Below, in pieces: positions 29,458-40,818 of a DNA stretch of 64,000 nt. Position 1 is the stretch's first letter. Each line of letters begins with the position of its first letter. The stretch is from positions 640,001 to 704,000 of the forward strand of contig CBDEFO010000007.1 in NCBI GenBank assembly GCA_965237525.1, given 5' to 3'. The stretch comes from Candidatus Latescibacterota bacterium (GTDB lineage Bacteria; Latescibacterota; CBDEFO01). A program made the translations under genes and the position numbers. The notes beneath the pieces were generated by a model, which did not search any database, had not been told where the DNA came from, and worked only from the letters and a program-made list of their open reading frames with translations.

Positions 29458-31074
29458 ATGAAACTGGCAGGGTTGATTATCGCCGAGGCAAGAGGGCGCG
29501 GTTTGCGACATTTCTTCGGTCTTCCCGGCGGCGGTTCTCCCTTGGATATTATGGACTCCGGCCGGCGTCTCGGCGTCGATTTTGTTAGCGTTGCGCACGA
29601 ATCTTCCGCAGCGATCATGGCCGCATATTACGGCATCATGAAGGACACAGCGGGGCTGGCTTTGGCTGTGAAGGGTATTGGGGCAGGGAATCTTGCCGGC
29701 GGTGCCGTAAATACGTATTTTGAACGTGCGCCTGTCGTATGTCTTTGTGAGTCCTCACCGACTCACGTGACTCGACGAGAGCTGGTACAGCACTACCAGC
29801 ATTCCGAGCTGTTCGGTGCCGTTGTGAAGTTCCAGGACACCTTGACCCCCGATGCGGCTGCGGCTTGTCTTCAGGAAGCTGTGTTTCACGCTACGGACGG
29901 ACGACCTGGGCCGGTCCTTTTAAATCTTCCCTCGGACTTGGGACAGGCAGCGTGCACCGATCCCCTGCCCGCAGTCTCTTCACCAGCGCCGTATCCACCG
30001 GACGAGACCATGCTTGCCGCCGCTTTAGAATTCATTCAAACCTCTGGCAGACCGGTAGTAATCGCCGGTTCGGATGTCGTGCGCGCTGGAGCGACGCCGG
30101 AGTTGTTGGACCTGGTCGAGAACATCGGCGCAGCGGTTCTTGTCAACATGGATGCCCGCGGTGTCTTTCCTGAATCTCACCCCCGCTGGGCGGGAGTGTT
30201 CGTGGGCAATTTTAGCCCCAATATCGTCGAAACCGAAATCATTAGCCAAGCGGACACGGTGCTGCTGGTCGGGGCAGATGCCATGATGTCGCACACTCCC
30301 TGGAGCAGCGAACTTTCCACTTGTGAGTTAGTGGCCCGACCCGAATATGAGACGTTGTCGGAAAATCCTAAGGTGCGTGTGAACGGGGATCTGAAGGCTG
30401 CACTCACAAGCCTGTTGTCGCATAACCAGCAAGGTTTTTCCAAGAACCAGATCCAGACGACACGCCGGAATATACTGCAGAACTTCAAGAGGCTGGGGCA
30501 GGCCCGACTGGCAGCCCAGGACATCATTGAAATCACACGCGCCGTCCTTCCGGCGGAATGCGCTCTATTTTCGGAGACAGGTGTTTACATCCCCATGCTC
30601 GAGCATCTATGGACGGTAGTTCGACCCGAAACCTACTGGGGTACAGCAGGAGGGCGGACCATGGGACTGATGGTGCCTGCCATATTGGGAGCAAAGCTGG
30701 CAAGGCCCGAAGTTCCTATGGTGGGCATCGGTGCAGACGGCAGCATGTTGATGCGCCTCGGGGAACTGGAGGTTTTTGCACGCACCGGTGTAGCGGTGCC
30801 GCTAATAATTATCAATGACCGGGCCTTAGGCACGATGAAGTCACGACAGAAATCTCGCGGCATGCACGAATACGGATTGGACCTCTGCTCCGTCGATTTT
30901 GCCGAAATTGCCACGGCGTGCGGTCTGATAGGCGTGCAGGTGGACGCCCCCGAACAGTTCGAAAAGGAGCTGAAGCGTGCGCTGGAGGCAGATCGGACGA
31001 CGCTCATCGACGCGCGGGTGGATCCTCTGGCTTACCAAGACAGCTTTGGCCCAACGATCGGTGTTCTTGCTTGA
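29458..31074 (+). CDS. Thiamine-diphosphate-dependent enzyme (acetolactate synthase-like superfamily)
   Basis: FGLPGG, HESSAA (catalytic Glu), GRPGPVLLNLP, ADGSMLM..IIIND ThDP motif. Confidence 0.9.
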   Translation: MKLAGLIIAEARGRGLRHFFGLPGGGSPLDIMDSGRRLGVDFVSVAHESSAAIMAAYYGIMKDTAGLALAVKGIGAGNLAGGAVNTYFERAPVVCLCESSPTHVTRRELVQHYQHSELFGAVVKFQDTLTPDAAAACLQEAVFHATDGRPGPVLLNLPSDLGQAACTDPLPAVSSPAPYPPDETMLAAALEFIQTSGRPVVIAGSDVVRAGATPELLDLVENIGAAVLVNMDARGVFPESHPRWAGVFVGNFSPNIVETEIISQADTVLLVGADAMMSHTPWSSELSTCELVARPEYETLSENPKVRVNGDLKAALTSLLSHNQQGFSKNQIQTTRRNILQNFKRLGQARLAAQDIIEITRAVLPAECALFSETGVYIPMLEHLWTVVRPETYWGTAGGRTMGLMVPAILGAKLARPEVPMVGIGADGSMLMRLGELEVFARTGVAVPLIIINDRALGTMKSRQKSRGMHEYGLDLCSVDFAEIATACGLIGVQVDAPEQFEKELKRALEADRTTLIDARVDPLAYQDSFGPTIGVLA

Positions 31075-31285
31075 CTCAATGAACCACGTAAGAACGCTCG
31101 AATCTTCTGAGTTGGCCCATTCGAATCTTACGCAAGACCGGATATGACTATCCAGGGCAAATATTGTGGAGATCACTTATAGAGATCCAAAATAGTAGGC
31201 AGCATATACGGAAAACTTAGCTAAGCTAGCTTGCTGTCTAATTATATTCGAGAAGTTCTGTCAATCCATTTAGTTTCATGGAGAT

Positions 31286-32857
31286 GTGAACATGAGTGCA
31301 TATAAAAAGTATCGGCGCGTATTGTGCAACGACGACGGATGGATAATGGGCACATCTGAGCCTCCGCTGAGCGTAGACCAGATTAGGGACAAGATGATCT
31401 CGCCCTGCGAAGGGACACCGGTGGACACCTTTCTGTGGTCGATAGGAGGCCATGAGGTCTACCACTAGGAGACCGAAGTCGGAGAACTGTCCGGTGAGGG
31501 CTATGAAGATCTCAACCCACGACAGAAAACGAAGCATCAAAACCTTCGGCATTTGATAAAAGAGAAGGGCGGGCCACTAACGGTCATCGCGGACTTGTGC
31601 CACGCTGCGGGATTGAGCTTCTTTCCATCAGTGAGGATGAACACACACTACGATATTGAGGAGTCATCTCCAGACTACGGCCGGCACAGAGGAGAACACC
31701 CGGAATTACTCATCGGCCGTCCCGGAGAGGAGATACCGGACGGGAGCCTAGAATGGGGCATCAGGACAGGTCTCAATTACGCGTTCCCCGAAGTGCGAGC
31801 TCACATGACCAAGATCATCTTCGAGCTGTTCGAGCGTTTCGAAGTGGACGGTATAGAGCTGGACTTCATGCGCCATCCGGCCTTCTTCAGGATGGAAGAG
31901 GCATACGCCAACCGTTATCTGATGACGGACATGATAGATCACATACACCAGAGGATGAACCAGGTTGGTGCCCGGAGGGGAAAGCACCTCGAACTGGCGG
32001 CGAGGGTCCCACCGACGCTGGCCGACTCTAAGAGGATAGGACTCGACGCCGAAGTATGGATGAAAGAAGGGCTCATAGACATACTCATCGCGGGTGGAGG
32101 GTTCATCCCGTTCCAGATGCCCATTGCAGAGTTTGTGGAGGCAGCCAGGGACACCGATTGCCAAGTCTGCGGATGCTTCGAGGCGCTCAGGCCGTTTGTG
32201 GATGAGGAATTGCTCAGGGCTGCAGCCGCTCGGTACTGGAGGGCAGGTGTCGATGGAATCTATCTCTTTAACTACTTCAGCATGTCAAACGAGTGGAGAC
32301 GCAGTGTCCTGGCCCAGATGGCCGACCCGGATGCGCTGGTGCTTACTGACAAGCTCTATGAACTGGACTGTTCTGATAGGGACAGGCCGACTACCCAGCT
32401 CTGGCATTCGTTCCGGAACGCAATTCCTTTTGTTCAGCTGCCCGTTACCTTAGAGGAGACCCTTGCCGAGCGCGGCACGATCCTCAGCACGGACATCGCC
32501 GACGACTTAGAGACGGCCTTCGCTGATGGAACATTAGTTAAATGCATCCTTGCGCTTCGGTTTGACGACATTATGGATGGAGACGAGATAGAGGTAAGTC
32601 TCAACCAGGTATCGGTCCCATGGGAATCAGGTAAGATTCCCACACATGGCTGGAGTCGCCGGGTGTATGACCTAAATCAATATCCAGCTACGCTGAAAGA
32701 GACCGCTGTGGAAGGTGACTGCATCGAGTTCGAAATAGCCGCTCCTCCGCTTAAACAGGGGGCAAACGAGCTTGAGGTACGCCTGGTCAAGCCCGCCTCG
32801 GAGCGTACACAGCCGGTAGTCCTTGAAGGTCTAAGGTTGTCAATTATCTACAAATAG
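31286..32857 (+). pseudogene. Glycoside-hydrolase-like TIM-barrel protein (GHL10/DUF187-like) with an in-frame TAG
   Basis: CNDDG N-terminus, SVRMN, LNYAFPEVR, DGIELDFMR, DGIYLFNY. ORFs 31286 and 31553 share a frame, separated by TAG at 31466-31468. Confidence 0.78.
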
Positions 32858-32929
32858 ATAATTGCGACGTCGACCTTGTTGGACTATGCAACGCGACGAG
32901 CAGCCGGAACCGGAGAGGAACGTACTTTG

Positions 32930-33924
32930 TCATCTGCTTCGACTTGATCTCATCCCCTCGATGAAACGCACGGCATTCCCTGAGAAGTGATCCTCGATCT
33001 CCTCTTGAGTCAATCCTAAAATGTTCGCCACCTGCTGCTCCTGGCGCAACTGCTCGTAAATCACAAACGTCGGTGTAGGATCGCAGTGAGAAAGTTCCGG
33101 AAGACCCTCGAAGTAGTCCCAGGCTCGGACATAGCTTATGTACTTGCCGCGAGAACACTTGGCCACGATGTTGTCCGAGCCGAACATCACTCGTTTTCTA
33201 TCCACATGTTTCATCAGCAGATAGTGCGAGAATATCTTGTTCACCGCCGAAGTGTCGTACCAGATATTCGGCATGTCCTTGAGTACGTAGTTCGACTCCT
33301 CCATAATGAAGGCGTTGAAGGCCCGGGCACAGTGTGCCAGGAACCACTGGGCCTTCGGGTCCTCTTTAGTATAGTACTGCAGATCCTTCAAGTTTTCGGG
33401 ATCAGCAGCCCCGGTTTTCTTGGAAAGATGCATGGTGATCGCCAGCCCCATGTCGTGCGCTACCTCGATTAAGGACTTGGGCAGGAAATCCTGAATCCGA
33501 CAGTTGACCGGATCGGGGACGAATAAACGATAGGGCTTTAATCCAAGGAAGTTGTGTTTTGTTACTTTAGCGGCGACGCAGTCAGGCGTCATATCCGGCG
33601 TAACCACCATGTTGACCTCGGATTGAGGGTCCTCCGCCATCTGTGCCGCCATCCAATCGTTGTGGCCCTCTAGATCCATGCCCGGAATCGGGCTCCCCAG
33701 GACCAGGTAGTGTATCTTACGACCGGGGTACAGCTTTGCCGCCCAAGCCAGGTGGTTCTGGTAATCTACCTCCCAGCGTTGACCTGTGGGAGGGTCATCG
33801 ATGCGCCTTTATGTGCCTCCGACCAGATGTGGGTGTGCGTGTCGTGAATCACCGGGGGCACAACGTCCTCCAATTCCTTTTCTCAGATATCGCGGTCCAA
33901 GCTTCTGTAATAAATAGTTCCCAT
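32930..33924 (-). pseudogene. Amidohydrolase family 2 protein, nonsense codon plus frameshift
   Basis: ATG 33924; TGA at codon 14; IHDTHTH metal motif; frameshift near 33800 into ORF 32930-33679 (GLKPY, LAHCAR, YDTSA, MFGSD, FSGNA). Confidence 0.82.
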
Positions 33925-34507
33925 GAGTTTTCACTCACATATATGTAGCATCAAGCGCATTGAACCGCGGCGGTCACTATAGGTTGCTCGATCTAATTTT
34001 CGCTGTTGTTGAGCAACTGATGCTTGGTTTTGTATGGTAGATATGCGGCATCTCCCTCTTTACTGCTTAGGACTCAACATGCCCTTAATAAAGTATTACC
34101 AAGGAGCTTCCCAATTCTGGAAGGATCGTTCGAAGAAAGTGAGAAATCAGTGGTAGGACACCTGCTTCGGCTGCAATGCCTGATGCAGAAACAAAGAGCC
34201 TGCAATCAGGGCAATTTACTTTCTTTCGAAGGTAAGAGAGCACTGATGGAACGCTATGCAGGGACGAGGGCACTTCGCTACTTCGTGGTTTGTTCACACA
34301 TCTCCTCCCATCTGGGGTGACAGCAGATTACGTAATGCTCACTGCGCCTCGCCCTAGGGTGCGGTAGCCAATCCCTGTATTGGATAGGTGTATTCAAATC
34401 AACAGAGGGGCCAGCTCAGACCTGCCGCTTGGTCTTGATAGGTCTCTTGTATGCTACCGAACCACCGCTACTAGAAATAAAATAGCCCTGCGTGACACCT
34501 TGCAGTA

Positions 34508-34536
34508 TTGACAAACAGATAGGAAAAGTTTATATT
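34508..34536 (+). promoter_or_regulatory. Sigma70-type promoter ahead of a structured leader and coaX
   Basis: TTGACA-N17-TATATT. Confidence 0.7.
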
Positions 34537-34722
34537 CTCAAATAACTCAGATGGTCATAGAAGATGCTGGTGGACTACGGAAGTTACTGAAATATCCAGG
34601 TGTTTCAGGTGAGTTTTTTTCAAGGACTTTCAGATGGGCAATTATATCCCAGTATTTGTGCGGGAACGTCTAACTATCCTAAAGGAGAGCGGCTTGGCTC
34701 CATAAGTGGCTTAGAGAATACG

Positions 34723-35496
34723 ATGCTTGTGGCGGTAGACGTAGGAAATTCAAATGTCTCGGTGGGGGTCTTTGCCGGGGACTTTCTTGAAGGGAGTTGG
34801 AAGTTTCCTGCTGATCAGAATAGGTCTGTGGAAGAATATGTTCAGGATATATTGATCGCCTTCAGGGACAGCAGAATGTGTTGGGGAAGCGTAAAGGGCA
34901 CGGTTATATCCTCCGTCGTCAGAGAAATGGCAGATAAGTTCGTCGCAGTCTCCGGTGAGCTTTTTGGCAAGGACGGGATCGTAGTCTCTACCCATATGGA
35001 TCTTGGGTTAGAAATTAACCTCAAATGTCCTGAAGACGTGGGTACAGACAGGCTCCTTGAGGCATCTGCTGCCTACGACTTATACAAGGGTCCGTGTGTA
35101 GTTGTGGACGTCGGAACAGCTATAACTGTAGATGCCGTGTCTGTGGATGGTAAGTTCTTAGGGGGGGCTATAGCGCCGGGCTTGAACATGTCTCTAAAGG
35201 CTCTCTCCGAAGGAACGAGCCTGCTCCCGTGTGTCGAGTTGAGCAAGCCTGATTCTGTGATAGGGAAAGATAGCCCCAATTGCATACGATCGGGAGTAGT
35301 ATATGGTTCTGTGGGACTGATAGATGGACTTGTAGAGAAAATGAAGGAGATATTAGGACAGGAGACCAAGGTGATAGCCACTGGGGGGGATGCTGAACTC
35401 ATATCTGGGGAATCGAAATCGATTCAAGAAGTAGATCTATGCTTAGTCCTAAAAGGATTAAGGTCTGTCTATATAAGAAATTGGGGGACAATATGA
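34723..35496 (+). CDS. coaX: Type III pantothenate kinase
   Basis: VDVGNS, ISSVV, VGTDR, VVDVGTAITVD, GGAIAPG, ATGG, LVLKGL. Confidence 0.93.
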   Translation: MLVAVDVGNSNVSVGVFAGDFLEGSWKFPADQNRSVEEYVQDILIAFRDSRMCWGSVKGTVISSVVREMADKFVAVSGELFGKDGIVVSTHMDLGLEINLKCPEDVGTDRLLEASAAYDLYKGPCVVVDVGTAITVDAVSVDGKFLGGAIAPGLNMSLKALSEGTSLLPCVELSKPDSVIGKDSPNCIRSGVVYGSVGLIDGLVEKMKEILGQETKVIATGGDAELISGESKSIQEVDLCLVLKGLRSVYIRNWGTI

Positions 35497-35593
35497 AAGC
35501 AGTAGAAAGTTAAGAGTACAGAGCATAGGGGGAAACCCTGTTTAGAAACTATTGCCTACTTATGATAACGCAGGCGACCAGGAGGATGAAAAT

Positions 35594-36199
35594 ATGTCAC
35601 AGGAGAGTCTATCAGATAGCTATTTGGAGGAAATCTTGGGGGACATATATCCGAAAGATGAGACTTTGAAGGACGGTGCTGAAATTACCGTAAAGTTATT
35701 AGAGAGCGGGGATAAGGAGGAGCTTGTGGAGTTTTTCCGTCATATTCAGGCCAGAGACAGGATGTTCCTCAAGGACGATGTGACAGATGAGTCCGTTATT
35801 CAAGGATGGTGTACAAATGTAGACCTCGGGAGAGTTATCCCTTTAGTGGCGAAGACAGAAGGAAAGATTGTAGCCGACGCTACACTCCATCATCAAAAGA
35901 TGGGCTGGATGAGGCGCGTGGGACAGGTTCGGGTCGTAGTGCATCCTGACCATAGGCGTCGCGGCTTATCGGCTCTGCTTTTGAGTGAGTTGTCGGACAT
36001 AGCCCTGCACGCCGGATTGGACAGGTTAAACGCCGAATGTATGATAGAACAGCATGGGGCTATTCAGATGTTCCTGGATATAGGTTATATTCAGGCGGCA
36101 ACGCTCGCGGACCAGGTCATAGACCTCAGAGGACAGCCTCACGATCTGGTGATATTGGTAAACGATCTAAGGGACAGGGAATATCCCGAATTGGATTAA
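35594..36199 (+). CDS. GNAT-family N-acetyltransferase
   Basis: VVVHPDHRRRGLS acetyl-CoA motif A; RBS GGAGG. Confidence 0.88.
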   Translation: MSQESLSDSYLEEILGDIYPKDETLKDGAEITVKLLESGDKEELVEFFRHIQARDRMFLKDDVTDESVIQGWCTNVDLGRVIPLVAKTEGKIVADATLHHQKMGWMRRVGQVRVVVHPDHRRRGLSALLLSELSDIALHAGLDRLNAECMIEQHGAIQMFLDIGYIQAATLADQVIDLRGQPHDLVILVNDLRDREYPELD

Positions 36200-36289
36200 A
36201 ATTATAAAGAGTGTTAAAAAGCTTGACTCGTCTGTACCCTGAAAATGGAGCCAGTTTAGTAGGAGTGTTTTATTTTGGGGCTGAATTAG

Positions 36290-36538
36290 CCCGATTAATT
36301 CATAAACTTGATGGAAGTCATTGCGAGGAGCAAAGCGGTCCCCGATTGAGTCTATCGGGGAAGCAATCTCAAGGTTTTATAGTGGTCTCCTATCAGAGCC
36401 GGAGAGTATTACATCTACCACAGAATCGAGATTGCTTCGCCTCCGGCTCGCATTGACACCGAAGGTGGTTAAACGGCATAACTATAATATAATACAATCC
36501 CTTAATTAATACACGGCCTTTTTTGTGAATTATTCGGG
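36290..36538. mobile_element. MITE (249 bp) carrying a nested palindromic repeat
   Basis: Ends CCCGATTAATTCATAAA and TTTGTGAATTATTCGGG (15/17 inverted match), flanked on both sides by TTAG. Confidence 0.78.
36317..36457. repeat. GTCATTGCGAGG..AAGCAATCTC / GAGATTGCTTCG..CTCGCATTGAC palindromic repeat unit
   Basis: Inverted pair of arms; related arms at 56517-56625, 58878-58950 and ~62474-62503. Confidence 0.75.
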
Positions 36539-36606
36539 TTAGACGAAGAACATTTATTTTATATGCTTTCCCAAAGTCCAAAGCGTTACCGAGAAAGAGG
36601 ATCCAA

Positions 36607-37222
36607 ATGAGCCGAAAAATAATCGTAGCAATCCTGCTGAGCATCTTGTTGCATACCGCATGTAGTTCTACAAAACCCCCTGCAAGCTTTATAAGCGCCT
36701 TTGACGAGCCTGGGATATGGCAAACTGTTGAGATTCCAGAAGAGCTGAAGAAGGAAGTTTTATGGCAAATAGTATCGGATGGCTTAACTCAAAAATTTGA
36801 CCTGGAGGTGATCGACAAAGATAGTGGTTAGATACGTACTTCTTGAAAGTACAGTTATAGCGCTATAGGAAGGATCAATGAAAAATATAGAACGCGTGTA
36901 TCCTCAAATTGATGGGCAAGGACGGGAAAATCATTCAGATTAAATCGGAGGCTAATTGGCTGAGTAAGGGTGGATCGGTACTTGGCAATGATACATGGTT
37001 GTTAGCCCGAATTATTCACAAACTTGGCTCAAATATTGCATAAGTCACTGTTACACAATAGTTCGTTGACTGGTGAATCCACTGGTTCTTCAAAGGAGAC
37101 CGAAAATTAAAAGTCCTGTATTGACAGTAGCTTATCACAGGTTCCTCAGAATGTATGAATTATTCAGGTTTGAGCATATATACGGTGATCTTCAAGGGAG
37201 AATAGGGAGGGTGCGTGGCTAA
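36607..37222 (+). pseudogene. Lipoprotein of unknown function: two nonsense codons, a frameshift and a MITE insertion
   Basis: Lipobox HTA|C; TAG at 36829 and TGA at 36844; frameshift near 36900. Removing 37006-37172 restores ...GNDTWLLEHIYGDLQGRIGRVRG*. Confidence 0.75.
37006..37168. mobile_element. MITE (163 bp), same TIR family as 36290-36538
   Basis: Ends CCCGAATTATTCACAAA and TGTATGAATTATTCAGG; flanks TTAG/TTTG; interrupts a reading frame. Confidence 0.75.
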
Positions 37223-37300
37223 AACTTCCGTTGTGCATCACTCCCAGGTAAGCATTTTCCTTTATATATAGAGTCCTGATCTTTAGCGACTAAAAAGTTC

Positions 37301-37329
37301 TTGACAGGGAAGGAATTTTTTCATATATT
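37301..37329 (+). promoter_or_regulatory. Sigma70-type promoter of groESL
   Basis: TTGACA-N17-TATATT immediately before the CIRCE-like site. Confidence 0.8.
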
Positions 37330-37331
37330 TA

Positions 37332-37359
37332 TTAACACTCAACTTGATAAGAGTGCTAA
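37332..37359 (+). promoter_or_regulatory. CIRCE-like (HrcA) operator
   Basis: TTAACACTC-N10-GAGTGCTAA versus consensus TTAGCACTC-N9-GAGTGCTAA, upstream of groES. Confidence 0.78.
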
Positions 37360-37417
37360 AATCTTAACGTAATAAGAGTCTGTTCACAATTACTTATTGG
37401 CAGGAGGAGAAAGCAGA

Positions 37418-37708
37418 ATGAAGGTGAAACCACTGGGCGACCGTGTTTTGATTAAGCCCGTTGAAGAAGAGGAACAGATCAAAGGTGGTATAATTATTCC
37501 GGATACTGCAAAGGAGAAGCCTCAAGAAGGAGAAGTCATCGCTGCGGGACCCGGAAGGATCACAGAATCAGGAGATAAGCTCGCCATGGAGGTAAAAAGT
37601 GGCGACAGGGTCCTGTATGGGAAATATTCAGGCACCGAGGTGCGTTTGAACGATGTGGAGCATCTTATTATGCCAGAGAGTGATATTTTAGCTGTTATCG
37701 AAGATTAG
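37418..37708 (+). CDS. groES: Co-chaperonin GroES
   Basis: [46 protein letters not shown]. Confidence 0.98.
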   Translation: MKVKPLGDRVLIKPVEEEEQIKGGIIIPDTAKEKPQEGEVIAAGPGRITESGDKLAMEVKSGDRVLYGKYSGTEVRLNDVEHLIMPESDILAVIED

Positions 37709-39364
<1,656 letters not shown>

Positions 39365-39391
39365 TGAGAGAAGTTGAGGTCTATTCTCTTC

Positions 39392-39428
39392 GAGCCCCCA
39401 TAGGAACTCCCTGTGGGGGCTTCTTATT
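39392..39428 (+). terminator. Intrinsic terminator after groEL
   Basis: GC-rich stem GAGCCCCCATAGG/CCTGTGGGGGCTT followed by a T-rich tail. Confidence 0.75.
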
Positions 39429-39544
39429 GCGGCCAAAAAATGCTCTGCAATTGAAAAATTTACGCTATGGCGTATAATTCTGAAAGAGAGCAGAAGAATA
39501 CAGATTGTCAAGTTTGCTGAAATTCAAAACAGAGGGAAAGGGCC

Positions 39545-40423
39545 ATGAGAGACTTTTCGGAACGTTTGAAGCAAGAGATTTTAGTGTCTGAGTGCGCTAT
39601 GGGGACTATGCTTCAGGGCATAGGGCTTCAGACGGGCGTGGAATTCGGGGAGGAGTGGAACCTTACGGCAAGGGAGAAGGTTCAGTCGATTCACAAAGCA
39701 AACATAGATGCGGGAGCAGGTATTATTTTTACAAATACGTTTGGGGCAAATAGGTTCAGACTTGAGCACTATGGACTTGCCGAGAAGAGCGGGGAAATCA
39801 ATAGTAAAGCTGCTGAGAACATTAGGCAGATAGCCCCAGATTCGGTGTATGTGGCCGGGAATATGGGCCCTTCGGGAGGGATACTGGAAATCTGGGGTGG
39901 AAATAAGTCCCCTGAGGAGATATATGAGGCGTTCGTGGAACAGGTATCGGCTCTTTCAGACGGAGGAATAGACCTGGTGATAGTTGAGACTATGATGGAC
40001 TTGGAGGAGGCTAAGATCGCAGCTCGGGCTTCAAAAGAGAATACAAACCTTCCCGTAATAGCTTCTATGTCTTTCGATAAGGATAGGAATGGTTACAGGA
40101 CTCCCTGGGGGATAAGCCCTCAGATGGCGGTGGAAGGGTTAGCTGCCGCAGGAGCAGATGTGGTGGGAGCAAATTGTCAGATTACCATAGCAGATATGGT
40201 AGGTTTAGCGGCTGAATTTAGGGCGTGCACAGACATTCCTATCATAGTGCAGCCGAACGCCGGAAATCCGGAGATGATAAAAGGAGTCACATATTACAGA
40301 CAGACAGCCCGGGACATGGCAAAATACTTAGACGAGCTTATAGCGGCAGGTCCTAATATAGTAGGCGGCTGCTGCGGCACAACTCCCGAGTACACAGAGC
40401 TCGTGGCCGAAAAAGTCAAGTAA
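39545..40423 (+). CDS. Homocysteine S-methyltransferase family protein (stand-alone MetH Hcy-binding-like domain)
   Basis: AMGTML, TNTFGAN, VETM, GANC, PNAG, GGCCGTTP Zn ligands. Confidence 0.92.
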   Translation: MRDFSERLKQEILVSECAMGTMLQGIGLQTGVEFGEEWNLTAREKVQSIHKANIDAGAGIIFTNTFGANRFRLEHYGLAEKSGEINSKAAENIRQIAPDSVYVAGNMGPSGGILEIWGGNKSPEEIYEAFVEQVSALSDGGIDLVIVETMMDLEEAKIAARASKENTNLPVIASMSFDKDRNGYRTPWGISPQMAVEGLAAAGADVVGANCQITIADMVGLAAEFRACTDIPIIVQPNAGNPEMIKGVTYYRQTARDMAKYLDELIAAGPNIVGGCCGTTPEYTELVAEKVK

Positions 40424-40818
40424 CAGGGCGTGATAGATGGGATTTATAATCGTCAGTCTTTTTATGTTTGCCACCTTCAGTCAGTTTATGAAGTTGACTG
40501 TGCACAAAGGATACAATCGCTTTGCCATAGCAACCATAAACTATTTCATTGCCGCTCTGGCGGTGGGCTTGTATGAGCTGAATATAGGGATTTGTAAGTT
40601 CAACGGGAAAGTATTATGGCTTGGGATATTGGCGGGCATCTCTTTTACCGCGGGTTTGATGGCTCAATTCAGAGGAATAGGGATAGGAGGGCTGTCAGTA
40701 ACTCAGACTGTATCTAGGCTCTCCGTGTTGGTTCCTATCAGCCTGTCGATAATCATCTGGCACGAGACTCCAAGTTCGGGGCAAATAGCAGGGATACTAT
40801 TCATCGTGTTGGCCTTAG

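Noticed and set aside
33950..34480. Possible ncRNA or gene in the long intergenic stretch
   Set aside because: The short ORFs lack recognisable motifs and I found no convincing stem/terminator set; probably decayed coding DNA.
10062..36846. Stop-codon reassignment (in-frame TGA at Trp-like and TAG at Tyr-like positions)
   Set aside because: Intact core genes end in TGA, TAG and TAA and use TGG normally. Most affected genes also carry frameshifts, so pseudogenisation explains the pattern.
36213..37306. Short similarity TAAAAAG(TT)CTTGAC on both sides of the lipoprotein/MITE segment as a third tail-swap case
   Set aside because: Too short and typical of A-tract plus -35 promoter sequence; cannot be distinguished from chance.
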